Shown here: positions 20,038 through 30,868 of the stretch, piece after piece
Position numbering within the stretch: position 1 is the first letter of the stretch
Layout of the letters: each line of letters starts with the position of its first letter
Assembly: GCA_039030515.1 (NCBI GenBank)
Contig: JBCCEA010000007.1
Coordinates: forward strand, 32,001-96,000
Direction of reading: 5' to 3'
DNA: 64,000 bases
Source: Myxococcota bacterium
GTDB taxonomy: Bacteria; Myxococcota_A; Polyangia; Polyangiales; Houyiibacteriaceae
Translations under genes and position numbers: made by a program
The notes under the pieces: generated by a model
What the model saw: only the letters and a program-made list of their open reading frames with translations
The model's database searches: none
What the model was told of the DNA's origin: nothing

Positions 20038-20467
20038 TGATCTTCCAAAGCTCAGTCCGAAAGAGGAGCAGGCGTTTCTAGACGCCCTCGTCGCTTCCGA
20101 TCGAATCACACAAGAATCAGCAGATCGGGTGCGCCGATTGCAGACCAAGGGGCAGCATCAATTCGGTCGGGTGGCGATGCGGATGAAACTTCTCACGCCG
20201 CGACAAATTTCAGATGCTCTGGCCTACCAGTCGGAGTACCCGACGCTTCGTATCGGTGAATGCGCGCGTTCCCGGGGATTTCTCCGGAAGGTCGACATCG
20301 AGGCCGTGCTCGCTGAGCAGCAACAGTCGCGGCAGAGCCTGCTGACGCTCCTCATCGAAGACTTTGTGCTGGCAGGTAGCGAGGTTGAGCGCGAGGTGAA
20401 CCTCTTTTTGGAGGCACAAGAGCGCCTCGATGAGGAGAATCCGCCTCCTGATCAAGAAGCGGTGTAG
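20030..20467 (+). CDS. small protein with tandem MshEN/GspE-N-like motifs
   Basis: QFGRVAMRMKLLTPRQISDALAYQ and RIGECARSRGFLRKVDIEAVLAEQ resemble RLGxxLxxxGLIxxxxLxxxLxxQ. Confidence 0.55.
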   Translation: MSSDLPKLSPKEEQAFLDALVASDRITQESADRVRRLQTKGQHQFGRVAMRMKLLTPRQISDALAYQSEYPTLRIGECARSRGFLRKVDIEAVLAEQQQSRQSLLTLLIEDFVLAGSEVEREVNLFLEAQERLDEENPPPDQEAV

Positions 20468-20524
20468 CGTCGTACAGGTTTAAGTCCGACTGGGGCTACA
20501 TTCGCAGTCGGATAGACCGTTTAC

Positions 20525-22678
20525 ATGGGAAATGATTCCCGCAGACCATCGCCCGAATCGTCTGAGGCACTGCATATGAGCCCAGAAGAGGAGGAGATAG
20601 AGCCGATCTCCGAGATCGTGGTCTCCGAGGAGCCGGAGATGCTCTCCGAGTGCGTAGACGAATCGCTCGAGCACCTGGCCAATGCTGAGAATGCGATTTT
20701 GGAATTAGAGCAAGAGCCGACAAACGAACATCTCGTCAATACCGTTTTTCGTTCGTTTCACACCGTAAAGGGTATCGCAGGCTTTTTGGAACTCGTTCCC
20801 GTCACTCGGATTGCCCATCGGTCCGAGTCTATACTGGCGCTCGTTCGTTCCGGGGAACACAAGTTCGGCGGTGCTGACGGGACTGCCTTGCTCGACGCCG
20901 TCGACTTTCTGCGTCGCACGCTCGAGTCTGTTCGCGATGCGGCGGTAGAAGACGGCAGTGACGTACGCGTAGCGATCGATCCAGAATGGGTGGCTCTTTA
21001 TTACCGACTGGAGGTGGAAGACCACTCAGACGTCGAGACTCAGCCAGACGAAGTTGCGCTGGAGATTCCACCTGCCGTCGTCGAGCCGCCTGCCTCGAGT
21101 GAGCCGACGTCGCCCGAGCCGCCTGCATCCGCCGAATCGAGTGCGGTCGAATCGCCTGCTTCGAGTGAGCCGACGCCGCCCGAGCCGCCTGCATCCGCCG
21201 AGTCGAGTGCGGTCGAATCGCCCGTTCCAGCTGAGCTGCCCGCAGCCGAACCGATGTCGCCCGAGCCACCTGCCTCGGCTGAGTCAACCTCAGTCGAGGT
21301 TGCTGAGAAGGCTTCGCAGAGTGTCACAAAGGAGGAAGAGACTCCCAAAGCGCCTGAGGAACCGAAGTCTGAAACCCAAACGCACTCGAAGAAAGGCGCG
21401 GACACCCAACAGGTTTCGTCTACGCGCCAGTCCAATTCTGCAAAGACGGCAGCGAAGAAATCGACGGGTTCCGCCGCGAAGCGCGAGGCTTTTGTTCGAG
21501 TGCGCACAGATCGTCTCGATCAGCTTCTCGACACGGTAGGTGAGCTGGTGATCGCGCAGACGATGGTGCTGGAGCAGGGACGAGGCAGTTCGCGCTCGAA
21601 TGCGGGCCTCGTCGAACAGATCGTCATGGCAGGTAAGATCGTACGGGAGCTTCAGGACCTGACCATGTCTCTTCGGATGGTACCGATGTCCTCCACCTTT
21701 CAGCGCATGAGTCGGGTCATCCGGGACGTGGCGTCCAAGCAGGCCAAGCGCGTTCAGATGCAGACCACTGGAGACGATACCGAGATCGACCGCACCCTTG
21801 TCGACCTGCTCGCGGAGCCGCTGATCCACATGATACGGAACTCGGTGGACCACGGGATTGAAACTCCGGAGCATCGGGTTCGTCTCGGCAAGAATCCCAC
21901 GGGCACCATTCATCTCAGCGCGGCGTCCGAGGCAGGGCGCATCGTGATTCGCATTTCCGATGACGGTAAGGGTTTAGACCGGCAGCGCATCCTTGAGAAA
22001 GCCACCGAACGCGGACTGATAGAGCCGTCTGCCACCCTGCCTGACTCCGAAGTGTTCAAGCTGATCTTCGAACCTGGATTTTCCACGGCCAGTCAGGTCA
22101 CCGATGTGTCCGGCCGCGGAGTGGGTATGGACGTGGTGCGCAAAAACGTCGAAGCGCTTCGTGGTTGGATAGGGGTTGCGTCGGAGCAAGGTCGAGGCAC
22201 TACGATCACGATCAAGCTTCCTCTCACCCTTGCGATTACGGACGGGATGGTCGTACGGGTCGGAGAAGAGCGTTACATTCTGCCGACACTGAATATCGTG
22301 ATGAGTTTTCGTCCGACACGGTCGATGTTGGTCGCCGCCCCGGGCAGAGGTGAGTTCGCCATGTTGCGCGGAGAGCCCTTGCCGCTGATTCGCCTGTACC
22401 GAGTGTTCGAAGTCGAAGGCGCCGTCGAAGATCCTTCTGATGCATTGATCGTAGTTATGCAGGACGGTGACGTTCGCTACGCGCTACTCGTCGACGAAGT
22501 GATCGGTCAGCAACAGGTCGTGACCAAGGGTTTGGAGCTTGGTCGTAGCCGCTCCATGGGGCTTGGCGGAGCCGCGATCCTCGGAGACGGACGTGTTGGA
22601 CTCATCGTAGACACGGCTGGTCTAGCGCAGCAGGCACGTCGAGAAGTGCAGGGCGCTCGCCGAGCGAGGGTTGCATGA
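20525..22678 (+). CDS. cheA: chemotaxis histidine kinase CheA
   Basis: Hpt FRSFHTVKG, P3 RLDQLLDTVGELVI, HATPase HMIRNSVDHG, DDGKG, PGFSTA..SGRGVGMDVV, C-terminal CheW domain. Confidence 0.96.
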   Translation: MGNDSRRPSPESSEALHMSPEEEEIEPISEIVVSEEPEMLSECVDESLEHLANAENAILELEQEPTNEHLVNTVFRSFHTVKGIAGFLELVPVTRIAHRSESILALVRSGEHKFGGADGTALLDAVDFLRRTLESVRDAAVEDGSDVRVAIDPEWVALYYRLEVEDHSDVETQPDEVALEIPPAVVEPPASSEPTSPEPPASAESSAVESPASSEPTPPEPPASAESSAVESPVPAELPAAEPMSPEPPASAESTSVEVAEKASQSVTKEEETPKAPEEPKSETQTHSKKGADTQQVSSTRQSNSAKTAAKKSTGSAAKREAFVRVRTDRLDQLLDTVGELVIAQTMVLEQGRGSSRSNAGLVEQIVMAGKIVRELQDLTMSLRMVPMSSTFQRMSRVIRDVASKQAKRVQMQTTGDDTEIDRTLVDLLAEPLIHMIRNSVDHGIETPEHRVRLGKNPTGTIHLSAASEAGRIVIRISDDGKGLDRQRILEKATERGLIEPSATLPDSEVFKLIFEPGFSTASQVTDVSGRGVGMDVVRKNVEALRGWIGVASEQGRGTTITIKLPLTLAITDGMVVRVGEERYILPTLNIVMSFRPTRSMLVAAPGRGEFAMLRGEPLPLIRLYRVFEVEGAVEDPSDALIVVMQDGDVRYALLVDEVIGQQQVVTKGLELGRSRSMGLGGAAILGDGRVGLIVDTAGLAQQARREVQGARRARVA
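21080..21223. repeat. 66-bp tandem repeat (x2 plus partial) encoding the P/S/E-rich CheA linker
   Basis: units start at 21080, 21146, 21212; VEPPASSEPTSPEPPASAESSA / VESPASSEPTPPEPPASAESSA. Confidence 0.85.
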
Positions 22679-22804
22679 ACCTGATTGTACAAAGGTCGGT
22701 GTGGCGCACATCGGTGCGGCGTTTGATGGCGGTGTGTACGCCAGCCCATCTTTTGTTGGTGCGTATCCGCTTTTCCGAGGGGACGAGCAAGGGGGGAGTC
22801 GGTT

Positions 22805-25360
22805 GTGTCTGATACCGCTGAGTCTGAGAAGCTGCTGGTTTTGAAGAGCCCATCCACATGGATTGGTCTCTCCACTAAAGTGGTTTTGCTTCTGGTTGGA
22901 TTTGCGGCCGTTCCGTTGGTTCTCGTATCGATCCTCACGCTGCGATCTCTCGGTGCTCTCGAGGACGACGCGACCGATAGGTACCAAGGACTTGCGGCGA
23001 ACGTCGGAGAGAAAATCGACAGAAACCTCATCGAACGATACGGAGACGTGCAGGCCTTCGGTTTGAACGGGGTGGTCCAAGATCGCGAGAACTGGTACCG
23101 GAGGGACTCCCCTATCGTCAACGCGATGAACCACTACGTGGCGACCTACGGCAACTACTACCTGACGATTTTGGTCGACCTTCAGGGCAAGGTCATCGCC
23201 GTGAACGACAAAGACGAGACCGGTCGTGCGATCGACTCAAGCTTCATTTACGGGGTGAACTACGCCAACTCCGATTGGTTCCGCGCCCTACAAGAAGAGG
23301 AGTTTACCAGGACTACCCGATACACTGCACCAGGCAACGACGTTTCCGACGGTACGTTCATCGAAGACGTACACGAAGACTCCACCGTTCGGCGGACCTA
23401 CCCTGAGGAAACTGGATTGGCCTTAGGCTTCAGCGCGCCCGTTCGAGACGCGAGCGGGAATATCGTTGCCTACTGGAGCAATCGAGCGCGCTTTTCGATA
23501 GTGGAGGAGATCCTAAGCAGTAGCTACACGGAACAAACACGTGCGGGAGTGACAGACCTGCGATTGAAAGTCGTGACGAGCTCGGGAGACCTTCTGGTGC
23601 TCATCGACCTGCAGGACGGCGAGCCCACCCTTCGGCACGGTCAGGGCGTCCAGAATCTGAACACCTTGGGCTATGGAGATCAGGCGGAAGCCATCACTTC
23701 AGGCGAGGCGGGGCATTTCCGATTTCGCGGTCCGAAGGGAGATCACGTGATCGGCTATGCGCCCTTGGTCGGAGCGCTGGGGTATCCCGGAACCGAATGG
23801 GTCGTGCTCGCTGAGGTGCCCGCGGAGATCGCCGCTGCTGCGGCGATCGACGTGCAGTACATTTTGATCTGGACAACAGTGGGCACCCTTGTCGTTGTCT
23901 CGCTGCTCGGCTTTTTCTTGGGTCGTCTGGCGGTTCGCCCCATTTTGGAAATGAAGCAGGTCGCGCGCGCGATGGCGGTGGGTCGCTTCGATCAGCGAAT
24001 CGGTTGGCGTAGTCGCGACGAACTCGGTGAGTTGGCAAGGTCCGTGGATGGTCTCGCCTCCTATCTCAGAGACGTCAATGATGCCGTTCGGCATGTGGCA
24101 GAAGGGGAGCTGGATTTCGACTATGAGCTTCGCGACGCCGAAAACGACGAGCTCGGACAGAACGTGCTGCGGATGCGGGAGTCACTCCATCGATTGGTGG
24201 GCCGCTCTCACGACATCATCCATGGGGTAGAGTCTGGCGATCTCGGAGTTCGAGCCGACACCGAAGACTTGGATGGCGTCTACGGGGAGATCGTCAGCGG
24301 TCTCAACAAGACCGTCGTTGCGTTTAGCGTGCCGCTGGAGGAGGTTGTTCAGCGCCTTAGAGCAGTCGCTGCACGGCAGCTCAATCTGCGTATGTCGGGC
24401 AGCTACTGCGGAGAATTTCGCGCGATGGCGGAAGCGTTCAATCAAGCAGCAAACAATCTGGACGATGCTCTGTCGCAGGTGGCTATGGCTACCGATCAGG
24501 TTTCTACCGCGGCAAACGAGATTACGGTCGGCAATCAGCAGATGGCAGAAGCCGCTTCGAGCAGCGCCGGATCGCTGGATCGAGTAACGCGGTCCCTTGA
24601 GGGAATCACGACTATGGGCACCGAGAATGCAAAGCGCTCTGAGGAAGCTCGTGACATGGCTGATGCAATGAGCGCCGCGGTCTCAACCGGGACCGAGTCG
24701 ATGGGTCGTCTTTCCTCCGCGATCGAGGAGATTCGTCAGTCAGCTGAGGAGACGGCGAAGATCATTCGCACGATCGACGACATCGCATTTCAAACCAACC
24801 TTTTGGCGCTCAATGCTGCGGTCGAAGCGGCACGCGCGGGGGAGGCGGGCAAAGGTTTTGCGGTCGTTGCAGAAGAAGTGCGAAGTCTTGCTCGAAGATC
24901 AGCGGAAGCTGCCCAGAATACGGCGCAGCTGATCGAGTCTTCTCTTGAAAAGACCAAAATGGGCGTCGCCGCAAATGATGAGGTTTTGCGCAGTCTAAAT
25001 GACATCAACGATCGCGTTTCCGGGGTGACCGACGTGATGAGCCAAATAAGCAGTGCATCCAGGCAGCAGGCGGAGGCCGTCGGCAAGATCAACGAGTCGG
25101 TGAGCGAAATGTCGGATTCGACGCAGCAGAGCGCCGCCACGACCGAACAGTCTGCGAGCGCTGCGGTGGAGCTTGCGGGTCAGGCCGACAGTCTCAAACG
25201 CATGGTTTCTGATTTCCAGCTGAGCGGAGAAGACACCTCATTTGATTTGGGCTTCGCCGCTGCTCCGGTTTCGCCGAGTTTTGGAGCCTCTGATCCGAAC
25301 CAGCTGATTCCTCTCGATGATGGTGACTCCGGGCACGAATCGGTTCTTTCCCAATTTTAG
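22805..25360 (+). CDS. methyl-accepting chemotaxis protein (2 TM, Cache-like sensor, multiple HAMP)
   Basis: [34 protein letters not shown]; two TM helices; tail IPLDD..VLSQF. Confidence 0.95.
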   Translation: MSDTAESEKLLVLKSPSTWIGLSTKVVLLLVGFAAVPLVLVSILTLRSLGALEDDATDRYQGLAANVGEKIDRNLIERYGDVQAFGLNGVVQDRENWYRRDSPIVNAMNHYVATYGNYYLTILVDLQGKVIAVNDKDETGRAIDSSFIYGVNYANSDWFRALQEEEFTRTTRYTAPGNDVSDGTFIEDVHEDSTVRRTYPEETGLALGFSAPVRDASGNIVAYWSNRARFSIVEEILSSSYTEQTRAGVTDLRLKVVTSSGDLLVLIDLQDGEPTLRHGQGVQNLNTLGYGDQAEAITSGEAGHFRFRGPKGDHVIGYAPLVGALGYPGTEWVVLAEVPAEIAAAAAIDVQYILIWTTVGTLVVVSLLGFFLGRLAVRPILEMKQVARAMAVGRFDQRIGWRSRDELGELARSVDGLASYLRDVNDAVRHVAEGELDFDYELRDAENDELGQNVLRMRESLHRLVGRSHDIIHGVESGDLGVRADTEDLDGVYGEIVSGLNKTVVAFSVPLEEVVQRLRAVAARQLNLRMSGSYCGEFRAMAEAFNQAANNLDDALSQVAMATDQVSTAANEITVGNQQMAEAASSSAGSLDRVTRSLEGITTMGTENAKRSEEARDMADAMSAAVSTGTESMGRLSSAIEEIRQSAEETAKIIRTIDDIAFQTNLLALNAAVEAARAGEAGKGFAVVAEEVRSLARRSAEAAQNTAQLIESSLEKTKMGVAANDEVLRSLNDINDRVSGVTDVMSQISSASRQQAEAVGKINESVSEMSDSTQQSAATTEQSASAAVELAGQADSLKRMVSDFQLSGEDTSFDLGFAAAPVSPSFGASDPNQLIPLDDGDSGHESVLSQF

Positions 25361-25423
25361 CGTCGTGCGATGGGTCTCGGTACGGCTCATCGAGCCGCCG
25401 AGATCTTTGTCGAGGAGGTGTCC

Positions 25424-26473
25424 GTGGCAAAGAAGACTCGGGTGTTGATCGTGGACGATTCGGCTTCGATTCAGAAGCTATTGGCCCGTTTGTTGTCCTC
25501 TGCAGAGGATATCGAAGTCGTCGGCTTCGCAAATGATCCCTATGAAGCTCGAGAAAAAATGGTCGAGCTCAGACCTGATGTGCTCAGTTTGGATATCGAG
25601 ATGCCCCGGATGGACGGTTTGACTTTTCTCAGTAAGGTGATGGCGCACCGCCCGATGCCGGTCGTGATCGTGAGCAGCGTAGCAGGGCCGCAGACAGAAG
25701 CCTCACTCAGAGCTCTGGAGCTCGGTGCAGTCGAGATTATGGATAAGCGAACTGCCCGACGACCGATGCAGTATGCCAATGCGATCCGCCGTGCGAGTGT
25801 GGCTCGGGTTACCGAGCTCGTGAGACGGCGCAAGAATTCCTCTGCGGAGCTTATCGCAGTCGCGGGACCCACAGATCTGTCCGCGGATCTCATCGCGATC
25901 GGAGCGTCTACTGGAGGTCCAGCCGCGCTCTCCAAACTCTTCGCTCGTTTTCCCGCAAGGCTTCCGCCTATCGTAGTGGTGCAGCATATCCCCGGACCCT
26001 TTACAAAGCCGCTTGCGGAGCGTTTGTCCAATCGCAGCCGGGTGTCCGTTGCTGAAAGCGAGGAGGGAGTCGAACTAACCCCCGGAACGGCCTGGATCGC
26101 GAAGGGGACTCATCACCTGACCGTAGAAAAACGCGATGGCAAGCTCTACATGCGCCACAACCAGGATGATCCGGTGAACTTTCATCGACCCAGCGTCAAC
26201 GTGCTCTTTCAGAGTCTGGTGATGAGGGACATTCGCTGCGTTGCCGTTTTGTTGACCGGCATGGGCGACGATGGAGCGACGGGGCTACTGGCGCTTCGAC
26301 AGGCTGGACAGATCACGCTTGCGCAGGACAAGGAGACCTCGTTGATTCACGGAATGCCTGGTGCTGCAGAACGACTGGGCGCAGCGATGCAGTCGGTTCC
26401 TCTGCCCAGTATGGCCAAGGTGATCGTCAAAGCGGTTTCAGCGTGTGGGCGGGTAGAGCGAGCTCAGGTGTGA
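25424..26473 (+). CDS. cheB: chemotaxis methylesterase CheB (REC + esterase)
   Basis: IVDDS, LDIEMPRMDG, IGASTGG, VQHI, LTGMGDDG; RBS gaggagg before GTG 25424. Confidence 0.95.
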   Translation: MAKKTRVLIVDDSASIQKLLARLLSSAEDIEVVGFANDPYEAREKMVELRPDVLSLDIEMPRMDGLTFLSKVMAHRPMPVVIVSSVAGPQTEASLRALELGAVEIMDKRTARRPMQYANAIRRASVARVTELVRRRKNSSAELIAVAGPTDLSADLIAIGASTGGPAALSKLFARFPARLPPIVVVQHIPGPFTKPLAERLSNRSRVSVAESEEGVELTPGTAWIAKGTHHLTVEKRDGKLYMRHNQDDPVNFHRPSVNVLFQSLVMRDIRCVAVLLTGMGDDGATGLLALRQAGQITLAQDKETSLIHGMPGAAERLGAAMQSVPLPSMAKVIVKAVSACGRVERAQV

Positions 26474-27357
26474 GTGGTTTGATTCACGATGGCTCCCGGG
26501 AGTCCTCGGCGACTGAGATGAGCTCTGCTCAGTTCAAAACCGTGGCGCAACTCGCCTATCGCGTCGCAGGATTGAGTCTCTCAGGCAACAAGCGCGGCAT
26601 CGTGTCTTCCCGATTGAAAGTTCGGATGCGCACGCTGGATTGCGATTCATTTGAGGACTACCTCCAGAGGGTCGATAAGTCGCATGACGAACTCGAAGCA
26701 CTTATCGATGTCCTCACGACAAATGAGACACGGTTTTATAGAGAAATGCGCCACTTTGAATTTCTCAGACGAAGTGTATGGCCTTATCTGAAAACACCCG
26801 TTCGAGTTTGGAGCGCAGCATGTTCCACGGGAGAAGAGGCGTTTACGACCGCCATCGAAATCTCCCAAAACTGTACTCCGGACGCTGCTCGCGGTGCACG
26901 AGTGCTTGCGACTGATGTGGCTCCGAGTGTTCTCGAGGTGGGCAAGAAGGGAGTGTATTCTCGTGACCGTCTCGTCGCCGTACCGGACAACCTTAGGGAT
27001 AGGTATTTTCAGGCCGAAGGCAGCGATAAGGCGACGTTCAAGGCCCGCCGACGTCTGCGCTCGATGGTGTCTTTTGCCAAGCTAAATCTCATGGAAGGTT
27101 GGCCGATGAAAGGTTTTTTCTCGGTCATATTCCTAAGGAACGTATTGATTTATTTTGATGAGCAGACGCGTAACTGGCTGACGACGCGACTTGCGCAATA
27201 CCTCGTAAAAGGCGGAGTGTTGATTATTAGTCACACCGAGTCTCTCGATCGAGTACCCGCCAACATGCGGATTCTGCAGCCCTCTATCTACCAACGTACT
27301 GAGGTCTCGGAACGAGGACGTATGCCCGCGCGTCCGAGTCCAGCAGAGACTCGTTGA
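26470..27357 (+). CDS. cheR: chemotaxis methyltransferase CheR
   Basis: TTNETRFYRE, RVWSAACSTGEE, RNVLIYFD; GTGA overlap with cheB. Confidence 0.95.
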   Translation: MSGLIHDGSRESSATEMSSAQFKTVAQLAYRVAGLSLSGNKRGIVSSRLKVRMRTLDCDSFEDYLQRVDKSHDELEALIDVLTTNETRFYREMRHFEFLRRSVWPYLKTPVRVWSAACSTGEEAFTTAIEISQNCTPDAARGARVLATDVAPSVLEVGKKGVYSRDRLVAVPDNLRDRYFQAEGSDKATFKARRRLRSMVSFAKLNLMEGWPMKGFFSVIFLRNVLIYFDEQTRNWLTTRLAQYLVKGGVLIISHTESLDRVPANMRILQPSIYQRTEVSERGRMPARPSPAETR

Positions 27358-27465
27358 GTCTCGGATATCGTACAGATGGACGTAGGCCGTTGTCCGGCAA
27401 GAAACGTGCCGGGTTGGGCGTAGACGTTTGGAGTGGCCTGAAAGGCGAGTCTGCTACATAACCAT

Positions 27466-29676
27466 TTGATACGTGGAATTATGTTCGAACAAAGGGAAAG
27501 ACAGCTGACTCCATTTCAGGAGCGGCGTTTTCTCTCTGCCCGAGCGAATCACAGCGCCGAGGCGAACTCAAGCAGACGCGTCATCGTTCTCTTTTCAGCG
27601 ACGCTCGTCAGCTATCTGGTATGGGCCTGCGGGGGGCTCGACCGCTCCATGTGCATCGCACAAGAGGGCGGGAGCACAGAGCTGCAGGAATCTACTCGAC
27701 CGCGGGGGCTCTCACTGCTTTCGGAGCCGATTCCCAGGACAGACGGGGCCGGGGAAACCCCGGTGGGATCGCGTCGGGGATGGCTAGATAGTGAAGGTTA
27801 TCAGCTAGTTTCAGTCGATGAAGCGGTCGTACCCACTTCGATCGTTGCGCCAGGGTCGACCTTGGACACGCCGGTGAATCTCAGGTCGGTGGACACCGAT
27901 CGGCGAATGCCCGCATGGCGCTGGCAGCAGTTGCTGGCGTCTCCTCGTATCGGAGGTCGTCTCACCACCGTAGAGGTCGATCGATCCGATCCTGCTCGAA
28001 TTTTTGTCGGGACGGAAGAAGGCACCATTCTGAAGAGCACGGACGGCGGGATATCCTGGAGGGAGCTTGAAATAAGCCCGCGTTTGCGACTTCGACGAGC
28101 TCAAGAGAAATTGAATATCGACATGGGGTTCGACGAGGGCACCTGGTTCATCATCGAGCCCTACAAAGCGGACGATTTTGCGACCCTAGCACGTCTTTAT
28201 CCCAACGCGTTCTTCGCCGTAGATTCCGATACTTTGGTGCTCTTTGACTGGTTCATGCCGCTTCACCACCACGACTACGTTTGGCTGATACCGCTAGGAC
28301 TTCGTTACGGTCCGCAAGAGACTTTGCTTGAATCTGTGCTTGACGGCGCACAAGAGCTCAACTCGGTACGCTTTATCGCGCTTTGTCCTGACGCCGCGTT
28401 TCCGGTTCTTGTCGCAACGAAGCATGAGCTGTTTGGCTCCTATGACGACGGGCTTACCTTCGTCCCCGTTTTTCAGAAGCCCAACACCCAAATGCGTCAA
28501 ATCGTTTGCTCCCGTACCGACAGTAGCAAGCTGATTTTGGTTACCACTCAAGGGGTCTTTCTCTCGAACGATGGAGGCATCACCTTCAATGAGGACCCGG
28601 TCAGTCAACCTGGTCGCCCCGCGTCGGCTGCGGTTTATCGCCCTGACGGCACCAAACTGGTAGCAGAAGGAGCGCGCCTCTACGTTCGTGACGATGCACT
28701 TATTCCAGTTTATCCCGATTTTAACAATGCAGGGACACTGCCTTGGGATCCAATCCTTTGGGTCGAGTCGTCCAACGATCAAATCTGGCTGGGTACGGAA
28801 GACGGGCTTAGAGCCTCTTTTGACGACGGGGTGAGCTGGTCGAATGTAGGTCGTCTAACGTTTTCTAGGCACCAAATCACTCAGGTAGCCATGGGTCAGA
28901 CCGAGGACGGCTCCCCGCGGGTTGCGTTGATCGCTGCAGAATGTAGCCCTGCGGCAGCTGCTGGCGGTACCGGATGTCGAGAGACGAGCGTGTGGGCTAG
29001 TGACGACGGCGGTGAGAGTTGGTTTCCGTTCTTCATGGGGATGACCCGACGAACCATCCAGCGCATCGCATCTGCCCCAGGAGCTCCGGGGCGCTGGTGG
29101 GTGGTAAGCTCCGGAGAACTTTGGACCACTCAGGCGCCCGTTCAGGAAGAGGCTTTGTCGGATGAACGTGCTGCAGAGTGGGCCCGACAACGCCTTCGGG
29201 AGGTTCCACCGCTGGCACTGACAGTGGACGATGCGTTGCGCAATGTTCGACTCGATGAAGAACAGATCCACGGCGTCGGCCTTCAAGACCGGCGCAGGAC
29301 GCTTCCTCTACGCCTTATGTGGTACTTCCGGCACGACCGAACGGATACGAACTCTGAGGAAATACGTTATCCAACTCGCTTGTCGCGCACATTCGGCAAT
29401 TACGATCAGCGCCACTGGTTCTTTTACTTCGTGTTCCGTTGGTGGTTCGGCAACGGGATAGTTTCACCGTTGGAACTGCATCCCACGCGAACCAATATGT
29501 ATCGACTGCGTCAACAAATATCGTTTGCTGTCGAGGATGCCTGGCACGAGAGATTGGTCCATCTGCGTCGAGTTGCTCTGGGGATGTCCGATCCGCTCCA
29601 GGTCGCAATTCTACGAGAGCGTATAGACTCGCTCGACGCAATCTTAGAGACTTGGGCTCCGCCTTCCTCTCGTTGA
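27466..29676 (+). CDS. BNR/Asp-box repeat (beta-propeller) exported protein
   Basis: Asp-boxes STDGGISW, SYDDGLTF, SNDGGITF, SFDDGVSW, SDDGGESW. Confidence 0.75.
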   Translation: MIRGIMFEQRERQLTPFQERRFLSARANHSAEANSSRRVIVLFSATLVSYLVWACGGLDRSMCIAQEGGSTELQESTRPRGLSLLSEPIPRTDGAGETPVGSRRGWLDSEGYQLVSVDEAVVPTSIVAPGSTLDTPVNLRSVDTDRRMPAWRWQQLLASPRIGGRLTTVEVDRSDPARIFVGTEEGTILKSTDGGISWRELEISPRLRLRRAQEKLNIDMGFDEGTWFIIEPYKADDFATLARLYPNAFFAVDSDTLVLFDWFMPLHHHDYVWLIPLGLRYGPQETLLESVLDGAQELNSVRFIALCPDAAFPVLVATKHELFGSYDDGLTFVPVFQKPNTQMRQIVCSRTDSSKLILVTTQGVFLSNDGGITFNEDPVSQPGRPASAAVYRPDGTKLVAEGARLYVRDDALIPVYPDFNNAGTLPWDPILWVESSNDQIWLGTEDGLRASFDDGVSWSNVGRLTFSRHQITQVAMGQTEDGSPRVALIAAECSPAAAAGGTGCRETSVWASDDGGESWFPFFMGMTRRTIQRIASAPGAPGRWWVVSSGELWTTQAPVQEEALSDERAAEWARQRLREVPPLALTVDDALRNVRLDEEQIHGVGLQDRRRTLPLRLMWYFRHDRTDTNSEEIRYPTRLSRTFGNYDQRHWFFYFVFRWWFGNGIVSPLELHPTRTNMYRLRQQISFAVEDAWHERLVHLRRVALGMSDPLQVAILRERIDSLDAILETWAPPSSR

Positions 29677-29833
29677 ACTTAGCGATTCGGAACCCTTCGA
29701 TCGTTTGGGGTTGGCGCTCCGAGTGCGGAAGGTTCAGAGATCTTTTTGGGCCTTGGGTGCGCCCCTGGCTCAACGATCCGGCGTCCACGCTATTGGTTTG
29801 ACCTGCTCGCTCGACTCTCGTAGACCGTCGCCG

Positions 29834-30835
29834 GTGAGCGACAGGTTGAACATCGCCTACTTCGTTCATGGTCGGGGGCGAGGGCATGCCGTTCGAGCGC
29901 AATCGGTTCTCGCAGCGCTTGAGCAAAAAGGTTATCGACTCTCGGTATTTGGAGGCGGGCACGCTACGGGTGTTCTCGGTGGTCGAACTGACTTTCGGGT
30001 GGTGCAGCCATGTCTTCCCGGGTGGGATTGGCTGCCCTCGCTAAGTCAGCGACTTATTCAAGATTTGGGTGAACTACGTAAGATACGTCCTGCTCTGGTG
30101 ATCAGCGATGCGGACATGCCCTCCATACACGCGGCAGCGATATTGGGTATCCCAAGCATCGGACTAGGCCACGGCATCGTTTTTTCCCAAACCAAACTTC
30201 CTAAGGGACTCCCTCGATGGGGGCGGATTCGTGAGTCATTGAACGCAGGAAGCTCGTCTTGGTTGTGCAAACGACTGATTGCGGTACATTTTGCGCCTCT
30301 TGTGCCGATTGATGCGAGCCGTGTGGATGTGGCGAGGCCAGAGCTTAAGGCTCTTACCGAGCAAGACGCTATCGACGAGGGATTCATACTCACCTATTTC
30401 CGTGACGAAAACGGTTATAAAGTCTTAGAACAACTTAAGCGTTTTGGAAGGCGCGTCGTCTACTTCGGTCACGCGGAGGTGCCTCCAGGCGTAGAGCGCC
30501 ATGAGCCCGACGCGCCGCAATTCGCCGATCACCTTCGTCGATGTCACGCTGTGGTCGGCTCTGCAGGAAACCATCTTCCAGCCGAATGTGCCCTTGCGGG
30601 CAAGCCGATGCTCGCGCTCTACAGCAAGGGCGACTTAGAACAGCAAATGAATGCACACTTAGCGCAAGAAGCTGGAATCGCGATGGCCGAGCATTTGGAT
30701 CGGGTTGATCGAGCGAAGCTTGAAGAATTTTTTGAAACGAAGCTTCCCACCCCTAATGCTGTTCATGCGTTGTTGGAGATGCGGCCCGTAAGCGATGCAG
30801 TACTTGAGACTGTCGCCGAGATTCTTGCAGCGTAG
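29834..30835 (+). CDS. GT-B glycosyltransferase (MJ1255/Glyco_trans_1_3-like)
   Basis: IAYFVHGRGRGHAVR, LVISD, SAG..LPAE, EQQMNA. Confidence 0.8.
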   Translation: MSDRLNIAYFVHGRGRGHAVRAQSVLAALEQKGYRLSVFGGGHATGVLGGRTDFRVVQPCLPGWDWLPSLSQRLIQDLGELRKIRPALVISDADMPSIHAAAILGIPSIGLGHGIVFSQTKLPKGLPRWGRIRESLNAGSSSWLCKRLIAVHFAPLVPIDASRVDVARPELKALTEQDAIDEGFILTYFRDENGYKVLEQLKRFGRRVVYFGHAEVPPGVERHEPDAPQFADHLRRCHAVVGSAGNHLPAECALAGKPMLALYSKGDLEQQMNAHLAQEAGIAMAEHLDRVDRAKLEEFFETKLPTPNAVHALLEMRPVSDAVLETVAEILAA

Positions 30836-30868
30836 GGTGTATATGTTTGGTTTTTTGAATGTATCAAG

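Noticed and set aside
27395..27410. Sigma54 promoter upstream of the BNR gene
   Set aside because: GG-N10-GC spacing is present but the match to TGGCAC-N5-TTGC is poor; expected by chance
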